A DNA stretch of 64,000 bases from Camelus ferus (lineage: Eukaryota), in contig NC_045711.1 of the NCBI RefSeq assembly GCF_009834535.1, positions 28,644,001-28,708,000 of the forward strand, given 5' to 3'. Within the stretch, counting starts at the first letter, position 1. The number at the start of each line of letters is the position of its first letter. Of this stretch, positions 1 through 13,715 are shown piece by piece. The notes under the pieces are model-generated. The model was not told the DNA's origin. It worked only from the letters and a program-made list of their open reading frames with translations, and searched no databases. Made by a program: the position numbers and the translations under genes.

Positions 1-2721
1 TGAATTGATGTCTATGAAAGGGGATGGAGCAGGGAAAAAAAGCAAGGACCTCAGAATAGAAGTCTCTGCCTCCCTTCTTTCCCAGTTAACGGGGAGAACA
101 TGAACTTCCTAGAAGAAGAGACAGACCCGGGTTTGCTTCAGGGCTCTGACCTCCTCCTGGCACATGGCCCTGGGAATGCAGGCCACATTTCTCACTTAAA
201 TATTTTTGAGCTGCTATTACAGCTGACCAAATACCATCTCTGTGTTGTGGGTCATCAGGTATCTCTCTCAGACGGTTCTCTCCCTCTTGGCTTTCACAAA
301 GAGTGTTTGGGTAAAAATTAAGCAGAGTCGGTTATGATTTTAAACCACCATCAGCTGCCATGTGATCATGAACTAAAGAGGCATTTGACAGTCACAGGCA
401 GCTTTACAACCAGGAAATTACAGATGAGCAGGAGGAACTGCTGGGCAAGACCTGATCTTGGAATTTATTATTTTTTTTAAATGAAAATGTTTCTGTCCAC
501 TTAATTCCACTCTTGTTATTAAGCAATTTCAACAAATACATGGATTTAATTATATTATACTCTGGTCATTTAACCTTCAAAAACTCTTTACAGAACTGCC
601 ATGAAATTCTCATTTTCTTCACCCACTAGATCCATTTTTTTCATCCAGCTGGGGAGACTCACATTAATAGGAAGAAGTGTTTTCACCCCTGACCAGGCAA
701 CTTAGGTAACACTAAGAAAAGTGGGAGTTTTGATGGCGAGTCGTTACGTAGAGAAAGGTTGATTGTTTTCCAAATTTTCCAGCAAGGTGGATTTTGTGTC
801 ACACTGTAATGTGAATGACTTGGACTAAATGCAAATTGAAATGTACGCAGAGCGAGATCTCCCATTATCCCCCTTTAACTGAAGCATTGCAAGGATGGCT
901 GTCATTACAAACAACGTACGGCTCAGCTCCCTGCATCCGGCACCACCCACACCTCACTCCGCTCTTGCGGATGGAAGACTCAGCTATGGCAGGTTCTTTA
1001 TTAATACATCTCTGGTACATGTAGATAGATTTTTTTTAAAAAGCAGGATGATCACTGATGATACAATACGGGTCTGGCTGTTCCCTGGAACACTGAACTA
1101 CAGTTGAACCACCAACAACACACAAGCATGAATGGCTGTCTGAACAGCTTGAGTCTACATTCCTGAAAATCAGCATGGCTCTCTCTGTAAGAGGACACAT
1201 TTAAACGAATCAGTATTTCCCTTGGATAGAGCACCTCCATATGATCCTGTCCTCCGCCAGATATTCAGAGAAGTCTTTAGTTCTTCTTGCTTGCCCATGA
1301 TGCTAAATATTGACTCGTGTGCCCACTCAATTCACGTTACATGATTCATATTGAAACGGCTTACCTCCTTTGTAATAGGTAATGAATAGCGTCTGTATTT
1401 AAGGGGCCCAATAGATTTTAATGTTGTATTCAACAGGCCCAATAGACTTTAATGCAGTTTATTATTCCTAATGGATTAAACAATGATTTTTCAAGAGGAA
1501 AGTATAATCAGGTTTAAAGCTGTTAGGAAAAAAATCAGTTTTCTACAAGAGTTACAATCAGGTTGTACTTGGACTACACTTACACACAGTTGTGTGAATT
1601 TTCAGTCAGCGTTAAAATGGGAAGAATTTAACACTGACCCCCAGTATCATTTCCTCCTCTTGCCTCAGGTGAATCTCTCCTCACGCAGAAACACTCACAC
1701 ACAAGCACGCACATACACCTCCTTCACCAACACATACGCAGCCTGTACACGCATTGCTACTGACGCCTTGCACAGCTCTGCACTGGGGTCCAACCTACTG
1801 AGGATTCATGTTAGCAAGGTCCTAGGCAGGCAGAAGACCCTGTGGAATAATTAGATAATGAATGAACCTGACCCCACTACCTCATATTCTAAAAAATTAG
1901 GTTTGAATATGGCATGTTTGCAGTTTTGGGGGTTTTTGCAATGGCTTCCCCAATGAAGGCTTCATAGCCATTCTTTTCATCCTCAGATTTATTCACTGCA
2001 TTGCCATTAGAGTGGCCTTTTTAATAAACGCAGACTTTGATCAATGAGATTCCTTGCTTACAAACCCCTTCCAATATATAATTGCTCTCAGAGTATCAGT
2101 CCTGAAAGACGGAATCCAAGGCACTTTTGTCAACTGGTTCCGCTCTCTCTTTAGCTCATGCCTTGCCACAATCCCCTCTCATCCTGCCATCTTGTGTCTC
2201 TTGGGGCCCTATAATGTCAAATGATTTGCAGCAATTCAAGCATGCCATTTATGAACACTCGCAAAGCACTTTGAGTACTCCCCGTATGTCTTGCTTTGTG
2301 GCAGATCTGGGCTAAACAAACAAGAACATTTGAGAAGGGATACATGATTCTTTTAAAGACCGTTATCATGGCCCCACGCTTATATGGGAACATGTTGACA
2401 TGGCCCAAAACAAAACCCTGGATTCTTAAGTTTTCAAAATCCTACATGGCTACGTGTAGAAGAGTTTCCCTCAACACATTCCTGAGATTGACACCATTGC
2501 TCTCACTACCACCCAAGGTTGAGGGAAAGAATGACACAAGGGATGGGAGAGGCTCATGGATGGAGTGCAAAGGCATCATTTGAATTCATCTGACACAGGT
2601 TCTTCTCTGAGGGGAACCATGATAAACAGCAGTTAATTTGAAAGAATGTTCATCCAAGAATCACTTGTATCTAGAATCATCTGCCCCCCAAGTTCTTGAG
2701 GTTCTTCCTTAAAGTTATAGA

Positions 2722-2763
2722 TTGTAGAGTGGAGAATATTTGTTGTAGAGTGGAGAATATTTG
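2722..2763. repeat. Perfect 21-bp tandem duplication
   Basis: TTGTAGAGTGGAGAATATTTG occurs twice, head to tail. Confidence 0.95.
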
Positions 2764-3574
2764 TTCTACAGTATGATTTGTTATCATTACAGTTATACTA
2801 TGAACAGTCCTCCTGGATTTTAATGCTACATATGCATTATATTTAATCTCATTCAAGTCTTAAACAATGAACTTCATGGAAAGAATGGAAACCTCAAAAG
2901 CTAACTCAGTTTGAATAGATTTTTGAAAAATATTTTTATTACTTTTAACTTACAAAAATGGTAATATTCCAGTAAAACTCAATCAAGAAAAATAGTAATG
3001 GAAAATTATCTAAAACTGGAATGGAGTTAAGGATAGTGAAAAATATTGAATACATTTTGTGCCCATCACTTTGTAAGAAGAAAAGGACTTTTGTACATTG
3101 CTGAGGACACGATGATGAATCCTGCTGTAACTGGGTACAGGCAGTCATGTGTAATTGTAATTGGGTTTTCACATCTGAGTATTACGTGGGGAGGTTGCCA
3201 GAGTGCTCTGACAATCACTGAACTTCTCTTTCTGGGGAAAAGAGGGGAGGCAGAGTGGACAACATTAAAGAGTAACTGTTAATCTGCAATTTGAAGACTG
3301 CTTAGAAATTTAACAATTTGGGAAGCAGGAAGGACATTCCACGCGAAGGTAACACTGTGGTACAAAGACCCTAATATCTGACACATTCCATATTTTGATG
3401 GAAAAAGAATGGTTCGGTATATACTGAACACTGAGCCCCATCAAGGTCCAGGTGCTATTTCTGGCAGATCTACTTTATAAAGTAGTCTGGGTTTCAAAGG
3501 AATTAAAAGTGGAATAGGGAATCTTATAAAAGTCAACTGTATTATCAAACCTAGTTTACAGGATAAAATCTCAC

Positions 3575-4066
3575 TGTAGTGGACTGAAAAATAGCCCCTC
3601 AGAGATACCCACATTCTAATGCCAAGAACCTGTGAATATGTTACCTGACATGGTAAAAGACACTTTGCAAATGTGATTAAGTTACAGACACGGAGGTCTT
3701 GATATCTTCCTGGAATATCTGGGTAGATAGTCACCAGAGAATCTTACCCTTACTTTATAAGGATAAGAGGGAGACAGGAAGGTCAAAAGCAGAGAGGAGA
3801 TGTGAAGATGGAAGCAGAAGTTGTCCTCTGAAGAGGGATGAAGGGACCACAAGCCAAGGAATGTGCGGAGCCACCAGAGCTGGCTAAGGCAAGGAAACAG
3901 ATTCTCCTCTAAAATCTCCAGAAGAAATGCATCTCCATAGTGTCTGATTTTAGCCCCAAATATCCATTTTTTTGACTTCTGAACTCCAGAACAGGAAGAC
4001 GATAGATTTTGTCATTTTAAGCCATTAGATTTGCGGCAGTTTGTGGCAGCAAGAGGAAACCCTTAT
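3575..4066 (+). mobile_element. MLT1 (MaLR) solo LTR, MLT1C/D-like
   Basis: Starts TGTAGTGGACTGAA. Has the hallmark blocks gaacctgtgaatatgttacc, aaggcaaggaaacagattctcctct and ttttaagcca...tttg. Confidence 0.85.
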
Positions 4067-7000
4067 ATTCACTGTCCTGAGTATCTTTGTTGTTCTCCAC
4101 GTTCTTTATTTTGCTGTTGTTTTTGCCCTTGCTGTTTTTCTTAGAAGAATCAGAGACAAGAGTACATGAGTGTAATACTGTCGATGCCTTTTCCCTCGGG
4201 TTTTACTTGGTGAAGTGAGACACAACTATTTAAAAATACCCCCAAGAAATTACAGTGATCAATATTAAGCATTTCTGAACAAAATAAAGGACCATTTAGG
4301 TGACGGAGCCCGAAGTAGCTTTCACTAGTAAAATTCTGATGGTTCGCACAGCTGTGAAGAAATTAACACAGTGTAGTTAGAAGTTGTCAAAACAAAGCAA
4401 CTGAACCACACGCAGACCAGCAGCTACTCCCTAACTCCTCATGCTGAAATCTCTTTGGGGACAGGAAGGCAAAAAAGGGAACTGCTTATGCAAAGTCTCT
4501 CTTGAGATGAATGGCCCCTAGATTTTTAATTCTTTGCTAGTCGTTGGCTTATTTTTCCAAATCACAAGGAGGCAATACTCATAGACAATAACTTGTCCAA
4601 ATGCGTTAAAGGTATTTGACTTAAATGCAGGAGAAAACCAGAATATCTAGTTATCTTCACAACAAAATTAAATTGAAATTACCAGGTATAGCATTACCAA
4701 AGTACCAGAAGATGGAAGGGCCAGAGCTTAATCAGTCATTGAAATTCTTTCCTCAAAAAGTCCAGACTGTATCATTTCAGTGATCTCTTCCAAGTACCCT
4801 CGCTAGTGGTGTGGTTTGCTCAGCTGAAATATATTAATTGGTTTGGGCAAGTAATCAAAAAAAAAAAAACCAAAAAAAAAAAAAAAAAAACTCTGGAATG
4901 ATTGGCTGCTTCTTTGAGAGTAGATTAATCCAGAATTCTTCAGGCTGGTCATGTGTTTGGATTTTGCTTCCTAGATCACGGGCTCAGGAGTAAGCATTCC
5001 ATAAAAGGCTGACACCCTGTATGCTTTGATAGCTTCCTGGAAATTTTCTGCTCTGTCTTTAAAATTCACTATTCTAAACCCACCCATTCACCCACAGGTT
5101 GCAAGTCAATTTTTGTTTTAGCCAACCATGTTTTAGGTGCCATTCTGGCCTTGCACTAACTCCTCTCCTCCTCGCTAGAGGATGCAGACTTGCCCTCTTT
5201 TTCAGTTTACCCATACTCTTGGGCCATATGTTAACTTGCTCTTTGCTCCCTATTTCTTGGCCCTGATCAGCCAGTCAAGTGTCCATTCCCACTCTAGCTC
5301 TTGGAACACGAGCCTGGGCCAAGCCCTCAACCCACTGTTGCTCTCAGAAAGTGATCAGACTCCAGTTAGATGACTATCTTTGGAAAAATGTTGATGGTGT
5401 CTACTGGTGATGTAGGTGAAAGATGAATAACTTCTCTCAAGATTCATTGTAACTAGGTGAGATTCTAGCTAATTTAGGTACTTGGAAAGAGGGGAAAGCT
5501 GGGAGGGGGTAAGGATTCAAGGAGGCTCACCTGAGTCAAAGCATGACCCCAGACTCAATAACATATGGTGTGTCTAAAGGAGGGATGTGGAGGCCTCCTG
5601 CCTGGTACAGGTTGGTCTATGAAGTCACATTTGATTTGTGGGACACTAAAAGTGGGATTCTAATCTGTAGGTTGGAGCCAAAGTCAGAAGTACAGCATCT
5701 CCCATCCCAGTCAACAGGTATCATTGGTATGGTCCAAACTAGTTCCAGTGGGCAGCTGGCTGGGATATGAAAGCAGAAATCTAGTCAAATCACCAAGTCA
5801 CTATGCCAGGCTAGGACGTGGTTGTGATTCAGCTGGCAGGGAGATGTCCACAGCCCATGCTGGGCTGTCCTAACATCAGGTCTACAGTCATCTGCCCCTA
5901 AATCCCTCAGGGCGGGGCAGATGCAATGCTGCTGTCCTCTTCCGACCGACCACAGCTTGGCAATTACATGAGACACAACCTGCAGGTGGAGCACCAGTCA
6001 TCTCAGTTCATTAGATGCATATTCAACATTTTTAATTAGGACCCGGCAGAACACACAGATAAAGGACCTATGATCTGAGCTGAATGACTAACGAATAGTC
6101 ATGGAGGAGACTCCAAAGGACACTTTGTCCCCCTTTTGAAAACATTAAGGTCTAACACTCTCATCCGTGGCGATCTCTGGTTTGGGACACTTTGTAACCA
6201 GGATTGGGGGTGATCCAAGAATCAAGGCCGGCAATTTCAAGCATCACTGAGTAGGGCGCAGTTTCCGTTAAAGGTTGTACAGTCCATGGATCTTCCCCCA
6301 GAAAGCCTACAAAGAACCTCTAGAGAATCGTCACCCTAAAGGGGAACTGGTGAAGCCCCAGGGACAGAAGGGATCAGCTCCTGGGGGAAGGGACTCTGAA
6401 ACCAATCGCAAATCAACTATAATTCATAATCTAAGACACTGGCCTGATAGAGTTTCCCTGCAGTAGGTGGAGTTTGGATTTATCGTTCTTGGGAGTGAAC
6501 ACTTGGGAAGCATTTCATTTTACATGAGAGTAGAAATAAAGAGGAGGGCAGGAGGTGGGATGAAGAAGAGGGGGATGTAGGTTTAGATGCCTGTGTTGTT
6601 GAAGGTCAGGAACATAGCTAGTCAAGAGTGGTGGTGGCACTGAAAAAGCTGGCTTAGGAATGTACCTGGAGGCAAAGATTGAGAGTAGTAGTTACTGGCA
6701 TTGGGTTTGATTGCCAGGGTCCTCAGGATGTGGTCCTGGACTGTGTGGATCACAAACTTGTGGGGATAAAGTCCTAGATGCCTGAATTTTATTAAGCACT
6801 GCAAGGCTCTTTCCTATACAATGAGGTTTCCAGTAATTTGACCTCCTGAAAAGGGGGTGGAGAAGTGAATGGGATGAGGTTGGAAGGTAGCGGAGAGCAT
6901 GGAAATTCAGAAGACGGGGAGATGGTTGAAACTGGCACATGCTCTGTTCAAAATCATTGTGTAGTTAAGTAAAAGAAAAATACCCTATTACATATTAAGG

Positions 7001-8044
7001 ATCTCTTTTAAATTTACAGTTCTATAAGTGGCTTAGGGAGAAGGAGATGTCATGAAGCAGAGTGAATTTAGAGTCGTAAGTCCTGTATTCCAGCCTTGGT
7101 GTGCTATTTACTGGCTGCACGGTTTTGTCAAAAAACCTCTCAGATAGCAAAGATGATTATAAGGATCAAGTGAACTCGTGTGCAAGAGCTAAATATGGAT
7201 CAAAAATATGCACATAAAGTGATAATGATTATTTTCCCTGCAAGGTCATATTTCTAAATCCATTATTTTTTAGTACAACAGATACAGTTCTATAGAAATA
7301 CAATTTACAAAAAAAAAAACCACATGTGAATTAGGAGAAGTTTCATATGCAAATACACAGAGAAAGCACTGTGAATTCTGTATCCCTACGTAATTAAAGC
7401 AAAGGCAAGACCAGAGGATGGTTGGAAGGACTTCAGGGCATTACGTGCTATGCCTTTTAAAGCCGGACGTAGAACATTTCCCTTCTTAGCAGCTCTGATA
7501 GGCAACCCCCATGACTTGTGAAGCACCGGCCAAGGGTTGATGGGCTGGGTGCCAGAGAGTCTCTCTGAATAATTGAGTGCCTGTGGTCTAGCTCCAGAAA
7601 GCACGATTATGTTCCCCAGAAGGGCACTGATTTGCCAGGTCTTACTACACTCCCAAGAGTTATGCACTTCACTTCACAAGATTCCCTTTATGAAAAGGCA
7701 GGGCATTCTAGTCATTTATTAGTGGGTATTTGTTCAAATACCATCCCTAACAGGTGTCACACTTTGGTACTATATATACTAACTCCCTTTTTTTTTTTTT
7801 TAAGTCATTTAGCTCTGTATCTAATATTCCTTGTCATGGACAAATTCTACTAAGACCATCCACCCACTGCTGGACATCCTGGCCTCTACTGCCTTCCAGT
7901 AGACTGGGGTTTACACATTTGGATCTTTGCCAAATTCTCTTTAGCTTACTTGAGGAAAATATAAAGAAAAGGGAGGAACTCCTAAGTCTACAAGAGAGGA
8001 CAGAATTCAGTAGCTGCTGTCAGAGACAGCACATCCTTGGAAAA

Positions 8045-8270
8045 ACCATGACGATGATAATAATAACATTTAGGTTTTGCATGCTTGTATTACAGAAACT
8101 GTCCTGAGAGACTTCTAGACATTTCACTTACACATTTCAGTAATTCTACAAGATAAAAAAAAAAAAAAAAGATAGAAGCCAGTTCAGAAAGGTAGAGTAA
8201 CTTGCTCAAAATCCCATAGCAGTAAATGACAGCTGAGCTTTTGGCTCAAAGAGTCTGAGTCCAAAATAAG
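8045..8270. mobile_element. MIR SINE
   Basis: Contains gatgataataataacattta...gtaacttgctcaaaatcccatagcagtaaatgacagctgagc. Confidence 0.65.
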
Positions 8271-11200
8271 TATTTAGCCATTGCTAGACTGCTGACAGCT
8301 AATTGCTTGGAATTACTTAGAATTTCTCCAAAAGCTGAATGTGACTCTTCTCTGTTGGTACAATTTAGCAATTGGGCAGCTGGTTCTTAAGGAGTTGATT
8401 AGTGTAGTTAATCCAATAATTAGACTGTGGGTTTTCCAAGCTAAGCAATCATCTGTGGTATGAAACAGGATTTTTTTTTTTTTTAAAGTGTATGTGAACT
8501 GTAGCTCTAATTCGCCTGGCCAGACTGGTGAGGGGCATACAGAGCAAAGAAAGAATTTTAGTTATAGGAGTAAGCCACTGTTAGTCACCAAGAAAATACT
8601 GTTGAAATTATGTTTGCCCAAGAATATATGCTAAATACAAAATCAACTGATGGACTTGTGAAATCTTATTTGATTGCAAGAGGTATCATTAACCCATTTC
8701 AGAGTAGGAGGGAAAAGCACCGTGGGTCTTAGTCAAGACAGACATAATCTCAAGCATGACGTGGAAAAGAACTCAGCCTTTGGGCCACTGGCGTTTGGGG
8801 AGGTCATTCTTCTCATCTTTGGAGGAGTCAGTTTTTATGCAGTCATGGGGATGCGGTCACAGCTGGTCACGTTATCGAGGGCTAACGTCATTACAGGTGT
8901 CCTGCTAAACACTTTACCTGTGTTACCTTGTTTCATCCTCATGACAAACCTGTTGTGCTAGTTTCACAGGCTGGGAAGTAGAAGAGATAGTCAGTGACAT
9001 GTCCAACTTCACATTCCTAGTCAGGGGCAGGGCCAGGCTTGAATTCCACACCAGCTGACAGCTGTGGGTCTGTACGTAACGGGCATGCCCACCACATCAC
9101 CTACACTATAGGGGAAAGACACGGACTGGGAGTCGAAGGAGCCAGGCTTTGGTCTCCAAGCCACCCACCCTTGGTCATCTGCCACCCACCATTCAGGAAA
9201 TGCCATCCAAGTCACTCACCTCCCACATCAAGATGCAGAGAACAACTGCCTGCCTCTCTCCCATTCTGCTTCCCTTCAATGAAGAGGTTTCCTCCGTGAA
9301 GCCTGTCTGATTCATCATGACACACTCTCAGGAAATATTATTTCCGCTTAAACCGAATAGAATTAATTGTTGGGTCTTCAAATATGATCAGATGTGAATT
9401 GAATTTTATGGAAAGAGTGGGACTTTGATAAAGAGGTGTGGGGAAGAACATTCCAGAAAAGATGAATTCTGGGAGGAAAGGTACAGAATAATTTCAAAGC
9501 CCCTCCCAAGAATACTGAGTAAGGATGGAGCTCAATGTGTACATGTGATACTGTAGGGCAAAGTTGATTAGATTTATCCTACAAGCCAAGTGGAAGCACT
9601 GAAGTTTTTTTGTTACAAGTTTGTTTTGTTTTTTTTTTTTTAACCTAAGGGTTGTGTTGCAGGTAAGTGAGTACCTGTTTTGGGGGGAGTAATGCCGAGG
9701 ATGAAGAGGAGGAAAGGTTAAAGTCAGGGGAACAGTAATCATCCTGCTGTATGAGTTGAGGTCTGAACCTACTGAGCTAGAGACACAGCAGTGAAAGAGA
9801 CTGAATAGATGTAAGAGAGTTCTAGGAGCAGCGTCTGTGCAGACTCTGGCGGCTGCGCAGAAAGACAGGAAGGCATGAAGAAGACTTGAGGCTTTTGATC
9901 CTGAATGAAAGGGGCTAAGTGGGGAAAATCAGGGCAGAAATGTCCGTGAGGAAGAAAGATGATGGAGGAAATTCTTGTGAAGATGGCCAACAGGCAGTTG
10001 AACATGGACAACCAGGGTAGTGGAGAGCATTTGGGTCCCAGGGAAAATAATGGGAAACCAGCTGGATTTGGGGACACTCGACAATGAAGCCATGAGAACA
10101 GCTGACCTCCCATGCCAGCCAGAGCAACCCCAGGGCCAGGTGTGCAGTTCAGTGTGTCTCTGCATTTGGCAGGAGGGAGGGTTGAAGAAAGAATATCCCA
10201 CAGGAAGTAAAAGTGGATCCTCATTAAAGAGATTAATCTGAAATTATATACTGACACATACAGGTAGATACATATGTCTCCATATACACACGTGTACGCA
10301 GGTGCGTACGTATAACCAAATTCCAAAGTGAGGGATTGGAAGAAACACGGGACCAAATTATCAACTAGACTCTTGTTCTTGTTAATACCATTTTGTTTTT
10401 CTTAAAATCTGAACGGGGCCACTTCCGCCAGGTCGACAGATTGTTAGGCACGTCTCCCACAGCCACACGCATTTGTTTCTCCCAATGAACAGGTTTCCCT
10501 TCTACCTACTTTGGCACTGTTCATTACATAACTTCCCTCATCATCATCTCATTTTGCTTCTAGAAACATACTCTCCAGCGCCTGGCGACGTAATAAATAC
10601 TCTCCGTGGATGCCGTCCAGCTCTCCGTGATGTGCAGAACTGCTGAGCTGTAATGCGCTACCGACGACTAATATTTCTAATGCCTCTTGGAATCATACCA
10701 GCATTAACCATTTATAAAACACCAACTGCTGCTCGATATGTCAAAAGGCAATTGCATTTCACTGCTTGGCAAAACAGGCCTTTCTGAGATCACTTTTCTT
10801 TTTTGGTTTCTGGGAGAATACAATATTGAGATCCGTGATCCCTTGCCAAGTGCAAGCGAGCAGTGGTTGTTTTTTTCCTAAATGATTTTTTTATATTGAG
10901 GATTTGCCTTGGAACCGAATGTTCTACAGAAACCAACAGGCAACCGAATATATGTTTTTATGTGGGGAGCTTTTACCGCCCCCCATTCCACCTTCCAATG
11001 GTTATGTAAAGTTTACTGACTCTTAAGGAGGGAATTTAAAATGTCATTTAAAAAGTCAAACGGTCGATTTATTTTGCAAAAATGGTATTTGAGGAACAGG
11101 TCAAAGACACTTTTTAAAAACTTTAAACTAGGGTCCAAGGTAGATAGTGTCATGGTGGAACATGGTCTACCACTGGTCACGGAGTGATCAAGACTAGTTT

Positions 11201-12572
11201 GCAATGACTCAGGCCATTTCTACTTTATGTAGAAGATGGGAATCAATGTGCTATGGACACTAAGAGTTATTAATAAGGTCATTTAGAGGTTTGGGGTTTT
11301 TTTGTTTGTTTTGTTGTTTTTTTGTCTGTTTTTATCTGCTTTGAGATAAATAGTACCACTCTATTGCTTTCCTGAAAAGATCTACTATTCATTTGTGCCA
11401 CCAGGAAGGAGTCCAGAGCAATGTTTTTACTAAGTTTTCAACAGAAGGAAGATTTCTCTAAACTCAAAGTTGTCAATCAGGTTCTATTATCTGAAGAATC
11501 ATTACACATTGAGCAAACCAGCAAAATCAAATAATATTAATCATCCTGGGGGGAAAAAGCAACAATTGATCAGGATTACATTCTATAGCAAAGCCCAGAG
11601 ATGTAACCTTGGCAACTGAGTTGTTAAACGGTAGCTATTAGTCAATTGAGACACACACATTTTGTATTTACGGTGTCAAATAATGTCACTAGTTTCTTGG
11701 AATACAAAAATAATTCTGACATGCTTCAAATTTTATGTAGGTGAAAAGGGATAAAGGAAGACTTTCCTGCAGGAGAACTTGAGTGGGGTTTCAACAGACA
11801 AACAAGAGGCTTCCCTGAGGAGAAACGGGAAGAAGGAATAAAATTCTAGGAAAACAAAACAACTTGTGTAAAGGCCTGGAAATTGTTCTTATAAAAAAGT
11901 TTGTTTTACATATTTAGAGTCACAGGATAGTAGAGATGATTATGAGGGAATATTACAAAAGCTAAGAAGGGTGGTTGTAATATTTTAATAGGTTACTCAG
12001 GGTGAGATAAGGTAATTGCCACCCTCGTAAATTATGTAAACATGAAGGGCATTTAAACAGTTTGCTGGAGAAGAAATGTCTGTCATGCAATGAGCACTTT
12101 ACTCTTTGCCATCACTGCAATGCATGATTTTAATAAATGCTGCTACGGCAAACATCTCTTCTAAGCCAGTAAACTCAACCTTGAAGTTCAGCTTCAAGAT
12201 CATGACACCTGTTGCTTAAGCAGTCCAAGCATAGTCAAGTTCATGGTATCTGTCTTGAAAGTCTGCATCAGAAGGAATTTCAGATTATTCTTCCAATTAA
12301 ACAATAATCCTCTATAAGCTTGACTATTTAAGATGTCAAATTGAGAACCTGAAGACTCTCTCCAGTGACTCACATTCTGCCCAAGTGTCTTCTCAATCAC
12401 TGAGAGCCCTGAGGTGGATCAGGTTACAGAAGAACCATGAGACACCCCACTGTCCCTCCCTACCATCCAGAATCTTGACAGGGAGGCAAGACACTTATAC
12501 AACTGAAAGCACATGTAATTCAGACATTACTATGTGTAGTTAAAATCCTAAATGAACTTTTAACAAACCTCC

Positions 12573-13076
12573 TGGGTAGGCAGAATAACAGCTCCTGAAA
12601 AATGTCCATCCCCTAACAAGGCAAAAAGACTTCTCAAGTCTGACTTAGATGACAGGTGTTGAGATGGGAAGGTTATCCTGGAAGGAATCTAGTCATGAGT
12701 TCTAAACTTTGGAAGGGGAAGGCAGAATAGTGAGCCTGAACACGGCAGCAAGAGGAGAGCTAGAAGTCTTACTAGTGTTCTGAGATAGGGAAGCCATGGG
12801 CAAGGACCTGAGAAAACTCTCTGGAACTAAGGGCAGCCAACAGCCAGGAAGGAAGCTGGAACCTCAGTCCTACAATCGTATGGAAATCAATCCTGCCAAC
12901 ACTTGAATGAGCAAGAAAAGGGATTCTCAATAAAAAGGAATGAAGCCCTGTGGACCCACTGGTCTTAGCCACACGAGAGCCATGTCAACTCCTGATCAAA
13001 CAAACTAAGATAATAACGTTGTTTTAAGCCACACAGTTTGTGGTTATGTGTCACAGCAGCCCAGAGTTCTAATGCA
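12573..13076 (+). mobile_element. MLT1 solo LTR, MLT1D-like
   Basis: Starts tgggtaggcagaataa, has an internal aacctcagtcctacaa block, and ends gttttaagccac...gtttgtggt...ctaatgca. Confidence 0.85.
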
Positions 13077-13494
13077 CCACCAAAATGAGCGGCCAAAATA
13101 ATTATTCAGTTGGCATTTGGGAAAGGAGAGGGAAGGATATAATCTTTAGGGAAGAGCTTCACTGACATGACATTTGGGCTGGCTTCGCAGGGATATGAAT
13201 GATCCGGGTTCAAGACGTATAGCACCCCTCCCCAAGGGAAGTTCAGAGATGAATCTGAGTAGAGGCCTCTGACTAAGCTTGTGAAGGGGGCAGGAGTTGG
13301 AATTCAGTCTGGATTAGAAGTGTATTCTTGAGGGACTTTGTATGCGAGACGGGGAATTTGAGCTATCAGAGGAAATTCTTATTTCAACCCAACCTTACAG
13401 ACGAGCTATTCGAGTTTCTCCGTCACTCCAGCAGAGGCTGACGTCATCACACCCTGCCTCCCTCCAGCACCACCAAGACCGTCGAGCACAAAAA

Positions 13495-13715
13495 TAAGAG
13501 TTAACCTTCACTGAGTGATGACCAGATCCCATGCCCCGTACCGAGAGCTTAATTTCAATCCCTACAGCAAACCCTTTATTTAAATGAGCAAATTGAGGTT
13601 TAGAGAGATTTAATTATCTTGGACCAGGACACAGGACTAACTCCTGGGTAAATCCAGCATTCCGATCAAGGCAGCGAAATCCTAGAGCCCAGGGTCTTAG
13701 CCATTTGATATGGCG
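13495..13715. mobile_element. MIR SINE
   Basis: Contains taaatgagcaaattgaggtttagagagatt...aggacacagg...ctagagccc. Confidence 0.7.

Noticed and set aside
2386-2406. p53-like site GGGAACATGTTGACATGGCCC
   Set aside because: The two CATG cores are 8 bp apart rather than the 10 bp or more required for two RRRCWWGYYY half-sites.
8150-8174. AAGATA-(A)n-AAGATA as a poly-A retro-insertion
   Set aside because: The 6-bp A-rich repeat is too short to distinguish a TSD from replication slippage.
9769-10356. 195-aa minus-strand ORF
   Set aside because: It starts at a non-ATG codon, includes low-complexity TA/CA-derived sequence, shows no recognisable homology and has no exon-like splice boundaries.
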